64,000 bases of DNA from a virus. A program made the translations under genes and the position numbers. The notes under the pieces were generated by a model. The model was not told where the DNA came from. It searched no databases and saw nothing but the letters and a program-made list of their open reading frames with translations. Below are positions 58,001 to 64,000 of the stretch, piece by piece. The stretch covers positions 12,046 through 76,045 of the IMG/VR virus record IMGVR_UViG_3300009146_000001. One strand, 5' to 3'. Position 1 is the stretch's first letter, and each line of letters starts with the position of its first letter.

Positions 58001-58733
58001 CGTACTCCGATGCGGCTTCGAGACCGGACTCGATCCCGGCCTGAGCAAGCGACCTCTCCGGGGAGACCCCCTGCTCGCGGAGTTCCGAGAACCGTGGACC
58101 GAAGGTCTGGCCTGCGCCCATGCCGACCAACCCGGCCACCCCAGTTGGCATCGTGGCCGCGAACTGAAGGGCCGACCCGATGGAGGTGCCGATGGGTTTA
58201 ACCATCTCGGCCAGTTCCGGATACTGCTCAGCCCCTTCGGCCGTCCAGTATTTGGCCATGTCCCCACGCCAATCCTTGGCCGCCTGCACCGTGGGACTGA
58301 ACCGTGCCGACTCCGCCATCTGGGCAGCGAAGGACGCCGGGTTCATCGGTGCGCGACCCGCCCGCGCTGACTCGTAGGCGTGCCGGGCATAGGCCGCAGC
58401 CGCCATGGGTGAACCGATCTGGTATGCGGCGGCCCCGGACTCGACGAGGTTGGGAACCGTCGACGACAAGGTCGACATCGTGTCCGACGCGACCAAGGCA
58501 GGGATGCTCGGGACTGGCGGAATATATTGCCTGACCGCTGAGGCCCGTTCCTCTGGTGATGCCCCGACGGATCTGGAGATGGCCGACTCCCGCGCCCGGC
58601 GCTCGATCTCCTGACTCTCCCGCTGCCGGGCGATGCTCGCGTTGATGAACTGCGGGGTGAGTTGAGCCGTTGAGGCAACCTCGATGTCGAAGGGGGTTCC
58701 AGTGGAACGCTCCCGGACGGTGACGATAGGCAT
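46038..58733 (-). CDS. Giant 4231-aa internal virion/ejection protein (large polyvalent type)
   Basis: Last gene of the ejection cluster; Gly/Ala helical N-terminus, hydrophobic C-terminal helices, degenerate zincin-like LDEEVKH...ELLRM. Confidence 0.75.
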   Translation of the reverse strand: MPIVTVRERSTGTPFDIEVASTAQLTPQFINASIARQRESQEIERRARESAISRSVGASPEERASAVRQYIPPVPSIPALVASDTMSTLSSTVPNLVESGAAAYQIGSPMAAAAYARHAYESARAGRAPMNPASFAAQMAESARFSPTVQAAKDWRGDMAKYWTAEGAEQYPELAEMVKPIGTSIGSALQFAATMPTGVAGLVGMGAGQTFGPRFSELREQGVSPERSLAQAGIESGLEAASEYALGAPGKALRTIGARRAATTALRDAERLGASTVEELAAMRRAVREGAPPVIGETPRMASLRQAVEREAAQPPRIPTTTWEKASARVRTVNDDVKNYLKPILESASGELGISMLSEGVEENISGILGDLSAVYLTGADPNALKDFAKKRLQEFVGGAIGGAVFGAASVPGQRATRRAIEERKTRIAEIRAAITQVQDERERRRLAAQVAAEEAQLRRDEAAQPPVAAGPVATGTGAPTGNVPSVRIPTGQPPIAVGPVAAGPVQTGGIGPALAGEPLATPEEDIGERNKRRDAAALARWGQLEAEYKARAAAQGDTPQAEVQSKGSWMPTYEQWLAGSHPWISKAKLGDPMNPAVVTPAAAGPSAGLGTALAGESLATPAATPPVATPAATPAQFTPPVPGTKITVMMADGSPRVVTYLRPEGQNPNLSIVTWPDGSEVYVDNGSIVPAAATPAAATPKRRMLPAPRYTDGGRRLPGKPITPARRMLPAPRYTDEGPGRPTGKRVVRKAGPAAPVDEGEGELGDALDSDLYFIQQMKMANHGEAEIRKFAEEVKGRLPQVKKQEVDAFVNGLYPPKAAATKRKRKMAPAKPAAPAAAAEAPGKKKEELSEAERWLAEGNKIVASVGLPVADKSLAKKLAAQEKAIARNKAKAEKGEGPLAAAAQEEPAPSGGLSNLGEAFDQAVAKDAAKQAEALNPRATPPEPGEKPKPYQKPPPNPNKEGGVRLFDFMDKDQITALIQSRTGFLLAFAKQTGAYTVDDYLKGLKQLIDMAKKEGAPGEYGLRDDYIAIALAAHENSIKKFKEAGTGGLRRDSIKKISETIGYWLATDADLLPTALQINMRDNVPLWQRHRLDRMAAEQKEDQRYPYDPRFGAPRGTSDEEKEEMEKAMHLQPSEWPLARPFHGIPAPWEDPQRWFDDILRYSRNGNKEMQQTARWVFVTFNEGPETGRVYLLPVYRTDDTKKRVDQRVMIGDPFAKREGKSNTRKSIDKWMGKYRWNKPEFLGTMRIPTARAEEWLDPMEWPMLKFLEFADHIGNLQKQWIEDAFSEPALYTETTTKVSRRKDEGVYIANEDATAEMEAEANAQERDRLEAETAGVVEAGETTGRIESQMEISRARAELEATTTKEEREAIAREEGIPLRQLEAEMERDITMADVARGVVNSIVEQVDTPDMPTDREGVAGWARQVMRDLLFGGKTGTEVTSDMKEVVRALHDAVAEWAEAEQIGGGALKIVKGVPVNVYTDPEAFKEWLVEQIGDAATDAYNEAAKSELLREGAKPGERASQRGIAERFKPGLEKGVTRRLFPAVGYRRRRGQGRRLSPREAYRQLSEEKGKALERAVSRRGRLFPWMIPWMDRMRLLPSRVRAKETAAERIEELRRMRMEARREEEKVRRGRYPKKEAKSHDLEPWELEFTWEKSSLVPLTIAESQRLVEGELSTLPQPLLVNATRDLSATTHMTSPEHPMGVTPSSGAPISAWRAYRKWREKHLKLGRKGLEAVPLLPAAKGLRSGRWQMIRHPKIQTLVIRRSALGNLQQHLSPEATVKVVRKVGTDEVLRINDPTGIPYWVMPRSALAEHVLDREGEITDRWKGVIRPDPRGIMERQQVSLNKEAPKFTGTVQPVYLATFFDPELLTDPTKPALKQETTEVAALNTVVSERKKAEELKRKGVKLAPEAFITHIWEEPTTVRTEVITEEGERKVKKEKFLRGEKVTRSELIKAKLNALAAPWASPWDWKMHEWDTYFRWVYGDVLGKKKTEEHEEYMQAMLSTQAGKFDYTYETSVLTEPEAYRYWSTIEKNENEARSILMSVAARIGIPIAEADKLETFAYGNGGRLVSLEERFESQVESGQMKEGDWISYPVRQRISQSESEVTKQLRMAAALRSKTEVTEEEQRRRTPLEDAIKRLAIDDIPKTVDALVQRMDVHLEASRAALREALVDLKLLGLDEVRLSDDPTAKAMVLSVEGDKTILTLNRDKVDHLDSPKVRAMLDEEVKHMALVAFLRDDLHLKPGSLQHKISRHLRELRTLIPADKLSALEKGMEEAYPGLVTPAAWMMELLRMASKRPVGGGVGLTEEVTFIGTIKENLITFFRRFQSWLHRAFADKYTDPKTGVTEHFMPEAIVRLRDQVDNLLEWTETQRRASDATKVAAPGFVDEVKEGKPSVLTAGKTEVSAAAQEAAQRLQSTVFNKDQYDKFKASSNVGPLGQRILEEHTRAQGLMVDPAVTTMINDLEARATAAPPPKGTPLATRRAMAKDRRRARMTLAGLGTGHTLRSLAEARNIATATPPPTGTKLSAWERVLAGTVKATELSDDEIAEIIHASAGVTAAHERLMADLNGAKTSLENLTQAEADALSELQTFLKGATEDQYRQRVSNRIDGIRDSLVDLVRLKARTGTKVASTAFDPIDWDSTGMAEDKRALEGAASLLGQAQSLSDLKALFNALAADPRLDPASIQAAFNGLIPTTHDFFDHISKTGILADVITKTGLTKSAAVAMATTSLAGGLPPLQAWSPGYSIILDLQELASNFAVDKAEMQALATVLDPLSKKNPDKFSVRRALNNFRMVATNSGKKLERLRRLSKASEVAALRREATDDAIKMMESVAASKDYRAAVNQAVALIHRRANDIIRMKEPHKGEPFGSVTLVMPLMERKDPATGQTIEDREVRNFSISVMKFPTEKARVDIIQAITDITNWITANYNTADPVVLQSYEQVIRELSVFLDPQNAISNHTIDEAGLFWQGAKGLINLDFIREILNPVLKDVEDSIKGFGRHVYSKAMVAYVNWGIHEQGLKRKQGIVFEKIFKAMEGHKLHVEPEIWGDLIRNMRNPQARMQADRDAYRWLVTEVILDSYQEAYDDPVVAGDRLYDAGRHISPTGWITVSPADIAAAHAQAAYERGIGKQVSGQTGELTTETADLLEVHEMAPGKAEAYKERKRLAFGGGPMIMSRSLVVPERLGMLLEDFRKARQGQQQRRDDKNKRTMVADPTGFRADYINNVLRHTDEATKPLTFQHLVHSFIMTSNPRYRARVNSQLMGANAGFGMEDYYNELRRDLKKGKKTVTSFNEIIDDLTARVVASGKATGTPAEIRQEIENEYADKLLLAQEKMDDFDMQRQSKSSTSTDTKSSFITPRGDMEAPSGFYEYGLTSHQAMNTLHGVVLNHHSTNLAKAMSVIDAVVVAQISEANKAVGTPGGKADTLVQKKFQEETALNLEELERIHKIMHQSVALMEEFAKASLDPEQHIHDTFRWGSMLGVAPLVSGLWNSLSVIKDTVLTLTTGIYRQQKLLWSHVIFPLCTAKAVARWMKNAAKITVYHLSNTRAGRTKWLRAMLRHIPILAPAYHKSVSAIVEMSDRGIIRGMTLYDERLLQKTSGNIWAVTGALEYERGQSGFFKGVERWISTAITRVPFGKAVIWATRESRTIAEDINNMTFADTAVADLRRLKQKALRALDQRKKKGVWTDDPLDPLYPFTEKELGMNRANVRMARRWLTGGGSLESVMINLYNQTIATGKSMEEAVQTELPKPAITAWMNNYLTESQVQTLRERPPVAFIKGWKGKVARSFAALKVWNSANFYSIVTGEIFKMPRHKMPWYYRYPREIANILGLLFLLLGSGAIGTLGVSWGLGALGLRTPGWTVENFIRNPDLRTGLIVFTGALLASIPLGQFYDDLFAGFGEGTLEIGAFSPVLGFLADAVYAFKAIIGGADFTDIKATKDVIMTQTGKFLARRLPIVGVLWNLNDPAHREYREAAASIRAMSAPPGIVGTLVEAIPGIDYGTKIAHRPFGQVSQNPASDNVERAIKWGIEYERTGDPEAKRKSEEEKAEGIRQLMHKKGIDQSAAAKRVNQAVASRSVWRMYDNVPEEDEKEDTLKRLTPKQFTAVQHREAAIKALSKGGGSGRAASWGGGGGGGGGGGIRLAKSSSASGKSAKLPAVRALRRAPAVAVPKLQGGRQASRRSLLGRRGAGRRRSASDRGLLRYAVGRSRGRKMRPAAFA
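55371..55386. promoter_or_regulatory. parS-like site TGTTCCACGTGGAGCA
   Basis: One mismatch to the bacterial parS palindrome TGTTCCACGTGGAACA. Confidence 0.4.
56522..56624. repeat. 31-bp direct repeat (RRMLPAPRYTD x2)
   Basis: 56522-56552 is identical to 56594-56624. Confidence 0.85.
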
Positions 58734-58741
58734 ATGGGTTC

Positions 58742-60127
58742 CTACTCGTAGCCAACAATGTCGTAGCCTGAGGCTTCCAAAGCCGCCCGCTGTTCCGCTT
58801 CCCGCTGCATGCGCTGCTGCTCCATGGCGTCATAGTTCGGAGCACCAAACATCCCCGTCCCGCCAGCGCCGATGTAAGCCGGGCCACGGTTAACTGGCGC
58901 AGGGGGTCGGAGGATCCCGCTACCCGGCATGGTGGGTGCGATGCCGAGCGAGGAACCGAGGCCACCTCCGCCACCGAAGTCCCCACCGCCACCATAGGCC
59001 ATGTGATCGCTGTCGGTGATCGGAACCTCAGGGCCGTACATCGGACCGGCAGGGGGAGCCTCTGGACCGTACATCGGACCGGCAGGTGGGGCCTCTGGTC
59101 CATACATCGGACCGGCAGGTGGGGCTGATGGGCGACCAAAGAAGTTCGCGGCTGCCTGCCCCGCCCTGACCATCATGGGAACACGGGAACTTCCGTCGAA
59201 CATGGGGCCAAGCGCCTGCCCTGCCCTGATCGACAATGGAATTCCTGCACCTGCAAAAGGTGGTGTAGCGACTGTAGGCCGACCCGGTGCAAGGGCTGGA
59301 CCAATACCTCTGCCACCCCCACCCCCCGGTGGGTTGGGCGCGACGACCGGGGGAGCTGCTGCGACAACTGCTGACTGCCGGACCCCACCCGACTTCCGTG
59401 ACACTGGGCCACCGAAGCTTGGCATCCCAGCCAACCAATTCGCCGCAGTTGGACCGCCCGCAATCGCCGCGCCCGTACCCGGAGGAAGAGCCTGAGCAGC
59501 CGGTGCCCCAGACTCCTCCACCGAAAGCATCTTGATGTAGTCGTCCTCCGACTTGATCAGCCGGTCGAACTCGTCCCCCTTGAAAATGACAGAACCGTCA
59601 GGATTCAAATCCACATACTGCCGGATCGAGGCGGGGAGATTCCCACCGTAGTTCAGGATCTTGGCGTCGAGCGCCTGAATGTCCTCCGGCTTGGTCGCCG
59701 CCTTACGCTGGGCCTTGAGCCTCTCAAGCTGCGCGTTATGGGCCTTGGCATACCCCTCAACCTGAGCGCGGTTGGAGACGAGATCCTCCTTGCGGCGACG
59801 AGCAGTCAACCTCTCCCCGTACAGGGTGCTCGCCTTCTGGCGCTTGAACTCCTGCTCGCCGATCTTGTCCTGCAAGGCGGCCTGAGACTTCAGGGACTCG
59901 CCATGCATCCGCTCCTGAGCCTCGCGGTACTTGATCGCCTCGGCCTGCTCTGCGGCCTGCGCCTCCTTCTCGGCCGCCAGTTCGGCCGCCCGCTGCATCG
60001 CCTCCATCTCGGCCAGCCTGCGGTTGGCGATGATCTGGCGGCGCTCGCTTAGCGCCTGCTCCAAGACGTGCCGGGAGTCGCGCTCCGGATCAATTATCCT
60101 GCCGTGGATCGCATCTAGGAACGCCAT
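58742..60127 (-). CDS. Internal virion/ejection protein
   Basis: Coiled-coil N-terminus and Gly/Pro C-terminus; lies between the pilot-like and giant genes. Confidence 0.65.
   Translation of the reverse strand: MAFLDAIHGRIIDPERDSRHVLEQALSERRQIIANRRLAEMEAMQRAAELAAEKEAQAAEQAEAIKYREAQERMHGESLKSQAALQDKIGEQEFKRQKASTLYGERLTARRRKEDLVSNRAQVEGYAKAHNAQLERLKAQRKAATKPEDIQALDAKILNYGGNLPASIRQYVDLNPDGSVIFKGDEFDRLIKSEDDYIKMLSVEESGAPAAQALPPGTGAAIAGGPTAANWLAGMPSFGGPVSRKSGGVRQSAVVAAAPPVVAPNPPGGGGGRGIGPALAPGRPTVATPPFAGAGIPLSIRAGQALGPMFDGSSRVPMMVRAGQAAANFFGRPSAPPAGPMYGPEAPPAGPMYGPEAPPAGPMYGPEVPITDSDHMAYGGGGDFGGGGGLGSSLGIAPTMPGSGILRPPAPVNRGPAYIGAGGTGMFGAPNYDAMEQQRMQREAEQRAALEASGYDIVGYE
59031..59125. repeat. 33-bp tandem repeat x3 (APPAGPMYGPE)
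   Basis: Seen directly in DNA and protein. Confidence 0.85.
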
Positions 60128-60131
60128 ATGT

Positions 60132-61205
60132 TTACTCCCAAGTTGAACCGGCGGGGACGTTTGATCGGCCGTACATCTGGGCCTGTTCGAAGGCCGCCAT
60201 CTGAGCCGGGGTCATCCGGTTGACGTCGACGGCACCGGGTCTGCCCATGCCATAGGAAGCCGGGTTGTACCCACCCCACCTTCCCATCGCGGCCATGTTC
60301 GGATTCGTGATCGAACCCATGAGGCCGCCCATCCCGCCTGCCATGTTGCCCATCCCGCCCATGAAGTTACCCGCTCCACCCATTGCCCCCATGACGGGTG
60401 AGATTGCGCCACCGAGGAAGCTGCCACCACTCACGAGACCACCCACGGAACCGGCGGCGTCAGAGAGGTTCCCGGCGGCTCCGGCGATTGCGCCCGTGCT
60501 ATCGGTCAGGTAATCGAAGATCCCCCGCTTCTTCGTCACATCCATCCCGGCGAAGTTCTTCTTCACCGCGTCGGCGAGACCGCCCAAGGCACCGACCTCT
60601 CCCTGAAGGGCGAGCTGCTCAGCTTCGAGCGGGGCCAGCCCCATCTTCAGGAGCTGGTTGTAGAGCTGCGGCCGTGACATCGCCATGTCCTTAAGCCCAC
60701 CGGCCTGCTCGGAAACCTGCCGCCCGAGGATGCCGGTATCCCGGCCGAGCCCGGAGAAGATCTGCCCGGCCACGGGAGCAAACCCGGCGGCCAGCCCGGA
60801 AGATCGCAGGATATCCCGCGCCGAGGATCGTGGCCGACCGGCCAGACCCAGCCGCGCCGAAGCTGCCGCCTCCTGCCTGCGGCCCACGCCGGAGAGCATA
60901 TCGGTCAGGCCGGTGAGGGCACCGAGGTTGCCTGATCGCACCCGCTCATAGGCCGCCATCGGGTTGAATTCCTTGAGCATCCGCGACCCGGCCGCGATGT
61001 CCTTTTCCCCCTCCCCGATGGAAGCTTCCACCTTAGGTAAGGTCCGACTAGTGAGTCCGGCATAGTCGTCGAGAATGCCCCCACTTCGCTTCCGATAACG
61101 GTCCAGTGAAGCCCCGGAGGTCGTGTCGATGGACTTCTGGAGGGGGTCCGAAATCCTTATTGGTTTCGTCGTAGTCTTACCGAAAAGCGTATCTTCGAAT
61201 CCCAT
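60132..61205 (-). CDS. DNA pilot/ejection protein (P22 gp7-like)
   Basis: Gly/Ala/Met-rich with glycine-zipper segments; follows the tail-tube-like gene. Confidence 0.6.
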   Translation of the reverse strand: MGFEDTLFGKTTTKPIRISDPLQKSIDTTSGASLDRYRKRSGGILDDYAGLTSRTLPKVEASIGEGEKDIAAGSRMLKEFNPMAAYERVRSGNLGALTGLTDMLSGVGRRQEAAASARLGLAGRPRSSARDILRSSGLAAGFAPVAGQIFSGLGRDTGILGRQVSEQAGGLKDMAMSRPQLYNQLLKMGLAPLEAEQLALQGEVGALGGLADAVKKNFAGMDVTKKRGIFDYLTDSTGAIAGAAGNLSDAAGSVGGLVSGGSFLGGAISPVMGAMGGAGNFMGGMGNMAGGMGGLMGSITNPNMAAMGRWGGYNPASYGMGRPGAVDVNRMTPAQMAAFEQAQMYGRSNVPAGSTWE

Positions 61206-61224
61206 AGGGTCAGGGGGAGAAAGG

Positions 61225-63042
61225 TTACTTCAGGGACGTGGGATCACTGGTGTAGAAGCTGTACCCGATGAAGGCGACCGGGCCGATATTCTCCGGGCCG
61301 CCGCACCAGAATCGGAATCCGACATAGTGCCCCTCCACGTCCAGTTGGAGCACGGGGTTCTCCTCGCCGAGGAGGTAACTCTTGCGGGCCACGTTCGCGG
61401 GCACGCAGTTGAAATCGTCGGTGAAGTCCTCACTCCAGTCGCTGCACCGCGCCGAGGCCGCAGCCGCACCCTGACCATGGAAGGTCCAAGGCATGGCCGC
61501 TGTCTCGTCGGTGGCTTCATGGTCGAGCCGGGTGAGGGCTGGCTCGATGGTCCCGAGGGCGGTGTTATATTCCCGCCCGAGGATCATGTCCGACTGGAAG
61601 AGGGTCGCGTAGTTGCGCAGATCGTAGACGGCTTCCGATGCCGGGTTCGCACCCTCCGCCTCGTCCGGGAACTTCTGCGGATCGGTGGGGATATTGTTCC
61701 AGTCACCCGAAGCCTCGATTCCCGCTATCATTTCCCGGCGGTCAAATTCCCACGCAAACTCCTTGATCGCATAGTCTTCGGACGAGGCCATGATCAAACG
61801 TGAAGGGCCATGGCAGGGCGGGCAAACCGTCAGGCATGTACCCGCCAGACGGGAACACCACGAATCAGGCGATGGAGGTAACGAGGGATCCTCCGTGTCG
61901 TTATAGATGTGGTCGGGCGGATTCTCCGGAGGCGACAGGGATGCAAAGGGATCATGCTCGTTGATCGCGGGGTGCGCCGGACAGGCGAGTTCGTCGAAGA
62001 TCCACTTCCGGTAGGTCATCCGTTCCCCGGAGACGGGCTGGCGCGTCATCGAACCGGCGGTGAACCCATGGTCGACGACGCACGAGGTCCGGTGGATGAG
62101 GGAGAAGGCGACCGTCCATTCCGGGTTCGCGTCCGGGGTGCTGTCCTGCCAGCTCAGGTAGACAATCGAATCGTTCGAGTCGAAGAACATGCATGGCTTG
62201 GCGCACTCCGGGCCAACCTTGCTGTCCGGGAGAACGAGAACCCCTGCGGGCAGATCGGCGAGGAGTTCCGGCCGTGGCCTCTGGTAGACGATCCCGGACA
62301 GGTCATCCAACCAAGGAAGGAGCCGGGGCTGGCGCTCCCCACGGAGCAGCATGAAGAGGGTGTTCGCCCCCATGTAGACGTGGGCATCCCCGACGTCCGC
62401 GATGGCGCGTGGGTAGAACGGCACCTGATCCCCGGAGTAGATCCGTTCGAAGGCCCAGACCGATTCATCCCCGGTGTAGGCACCGATCCAGATCGAGCGG
62501 TTGCAGTAGACGATGAGCGAGTTGCCCATCGGCATGAGAGCGACGATATGATCGCTGCCGAAAGAGACGTACCCCGCCTGCGACTCGCCCCCCGGAATCC
62601 ACGCGGCCGGGCCTTCGAAGTCCGACCAGTGCAGGAGCGATGGGTCATTGACCCCGTCCACCTTCAGGTTGCCCGCGAAGAAGAAGCCCTTGAGCTGGGC
62701 CACGCACTGGGCCTGCTCGATCCCGAGGACGATGAGGTCATCGACTTGGCGCGCATACGAGTACGTGCCGTGGCCGTCGTCCTCGGCCGAATCCCCGGTG
62801 GTGTAGGTCCAGAATCCCCCACGGGTGTGGCCGATGAAGAAGACCCCGGCCAGTTGCGCCACCAAGAACCGGGAGGCGTACCGCTCCCCGTCGTCGCAGT
62901 TGTGCGACGCCATGATCATCACCCACGACCCGTCCGGCGTGTGCCGGTAGAGACGGTCGAACGTCCCGGCCAGAAGGATCGGTGTCGTTCCCTCGGTTCC
63001 CTGCGAGGGATCCTCGTGGAGGAGCGTGATCGGGGCCTGCAT
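61225..63042 (-). CDS. Tail tube/nozzle (P22 gp10, T7 gp12-like) protein
   Basis: Beta-propeller-like pattern: FFFAGNL...LHWSDF...W...AG...IVALMPMGNSLIVY. Confidence 0.7.
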   Translation of the reverse strand: MQAPITLLHEDPSQGTEGTTPILLAGTFDRLYRHTPDGSWVMIMASHNCDDGERYASRFLVAQLAGVFFIGHTRGGFWTYTTGDSAEDDGHGTYSYARQVDDLIVLGIEQAQCVAQLKGFFFAGNLKVDGVNDPSLLHWSDFEGPAAWIPGGESQAGYVSFGSDHIVALMPMGNSLIVYCNRSIWIGAYTGDESVWAFERIYSGDQVPFYPRAIADVGDAHVYMGANTLFMLLRGERQPRLLPWLDDLSGIVYQRPRPELLADLPAGVLVLPDSKVGPECAKPCMFFDSNDSIVYLSWQDSTPDANPEWTVAFSLIHRTSCVVDHGFTAGSMTRQPVSGERMTYRKWIFDELACPAHPAINEHDPFASLSPPENPPDHIYNDTEDPSLPPSPDSWCSRLAGTCLTVCPPCHGPSRLIMASSEDYAIKEFAWEFDRREMIAGIEASGDWNNIPTDPQKFPDEAEGANPASEAVYDLRNYATLFQSDMILGREYNTALGTIEPALTRLDHEATDETAAMPWTFHGQGAAAASARCSDWSEDFTDDFNCVPANVARKSYLLGEENPVLQLDVEGHYVGFRFWCGGPENIGPVAFIGYSFYTSDPTSLK

Positions 63043-63049
63043 CGGGGGT

Positions 63050-63181
63050 TCAGTAGCCCCCTTCCTTGGCGGCTTTCTTGGCGGCGGGACTCGCCTTACC
63101 GAACGTGAATGGCGGCTTCTTGCCCGCCTTCTTCTTGCCCGCCTTCTTCTGGAACAATGTGAACTTGTTACCCTTGCTCAT
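63050..63181 (-). CDS. Tiny Lys-rich protein ([22 protein letters not shown]...)
   Basis: Translated manually, 43 aa; ATGA-coupled. Confidence 0.55.
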   Translation of the reverse strand: MSKGNKFTLFQKKAGKKKAGKKPPFTFGKASPAAKKAAKEGGY

Positions 63182-63315
63182 CGTTTATCTTTCTTTGCTT
63201 TGCCCGCCATCTTCATGGCGATAGCGATTGCCTGCTGCTGAGGTTTTCCGTGGCGAACCTCGGTGGCTATGTTCTGGCTGATCACTTCACGGCTTCGGCC
63301 TTTCTTGAGTGGCAT
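63178..63315 (-). CDS. Small basic conserved phage protein ([33 protein letters not shown]...)
   Basis: Translated manually, 45 aa; resembles the widespread DUF6496-like motif. Confidence 0.75.
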   Translation of the reverse strand: MPLKKGRSREVISQNIATEVRHGKPQQQAIAIAMKMAGKAKKDKR

Positions 63316-63320
63316 ATGAT

Positions 63321-63971
63321 TTACAATTCCGGGTCGTGGATGAACACGGCCCCCTCCCCGACGCCCCCACCAAGAGTGTTGTCCTGACCGATGATCGCTT
63401 GGGCTTCATCCATGAAGATGTTCGCGGTCAGGTAGATGTGTGATTCGGTGTCGATGGGTAGGGGCTTCTGGACGATCAAATGCTTGGCCGGGGCAGCCCG
63501 GCTCAGGATACAGAAGGACAGGCTGACCGCACCGGCCGCCTCGGTGAAGAGGCAAGCCGCTGTCGGCAGGTTGAACTCGCAGTCCTCGAAGCGCGCCACC
63601 GGGATGGAGCTGTCGTCGGCGAGGATCGAGACCAGACGCTTGGCCTCACCCTTGAAGCTCAGATTGCGGAAGCTGACCGTGCCCGGCGGATCAAAGGTCT
63701 GAACCAAGATCAGGTCATTGATGTCATCGGCCAGCAGTGTCGAGACCCCGATGCCATCACCAGTGAGGTGAAGGTTCGAGGCCGGGACGACCAAGCCGGG
63801 AGCGCCGATCAGGTAGACCCCGGCAGGGAAGTAGACTACCCCGTCCTCGGTGTCGTCGATGACCCGCTGGATTGCCTCGCGGTCGTTGGTGACGCCATCG
63901 CCCGCCGCTCCTAGCTGACGGACGTTGATAACCAGCTTACTGGCCGCAGAGTAATCGCGGGTGATAACCAT
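63321..63971 (-). CDS. Pectate_lyase_3-type beta-helix protein
   Basis: [21 protein letters not shown]...VYFPAGVY. Confidence 0.85.
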   Translation of the reverse strand: MVITRDYSAASKLVINVRQLGAAGDGVTNDREAIQRVIDDTEDGVVYFPAGVYLIGAPGLVVPASNLHLTGDGIGVSTLLADDINDLILVQTFDPPGTVSFRNLSFKGEAKRLVSILADDSSIPVARFEDCEFNLPTAACLFTEAAGAVSLSFCILSRAAPAKHLIVQKPLPIDTESHIYLTANIFMDEAQAIIGQDNTLGGGVGEGAVFIHDPEL

Positions 63972-64000
63972 CAGGCACTTTCCTCGGAGACCTCGCCGTC

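Noticed and set aside
1-64000. Integrase/att sites, tRNAs, DGR, DNA polymerase, endolysin, alternative genetic code
   Set aside because: No supporting motifs seen. Genes tile normally with standard stops. Such genes could lie outside the window or be too divergent to recognise by eye.

Overview
The window looks like most of one GC-rich dsDNA phage genome with podovirus-like structural genes. No bacterial housekeeping genes, integrase, tRNA or CRISPR array were seen. Two VPDSG/PEP-CTERM-type proteins point to a Verrucomicrobiota-like host (inference). Layout: (i) minus-strand virion genes at 1-10.9 kb and 46-64 kb, probably one module joined through the window edges, with portal, scaffold, major capsid, adaptor, tail and ejection proteins and a 4231-aa giant protein; (ii) a terminase large subunit on the opposite strand at 10.9-12.4 kb; (iii) minus-strand recombination, replication and regulation genes at 12.4-24.3 kb; (iv) an accessory block at 24.5-31.5 kb (MazG-like, Acb2/Tad1-like, PEP-CTERM, YsnF, membrane proteins); (v) a plus-strand putative early region at 32-45.7 kb (DUF3150-like, MoxR-like AAA+, VWA/metallopeptidase, many small genes, SF2 helicase). 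The most unusual signals are non-coding or cryptic. A leader cassette is repeated six times in front of early genes: CTAGGGGTG box, variable-sequence hairpin, 19-bp CTAGCGG-N5-CCGCTAG palindrome and AACTGAC box. About 15 copies of that palindrome occur, several inside ORFs. A second operator family, GTGTGG-N4-CCACAC, sits at middle and late genes. Two candidate structured RNAs bracket the early region. A small Tat-signal-like protein carries a near-copy of a major-capsid helix. The terminase gene shares a CATG start overlap and a TTAA stop overlap with its opposite-strand neighbours. All family assignments are from motif recognition by eye; no searches were run.
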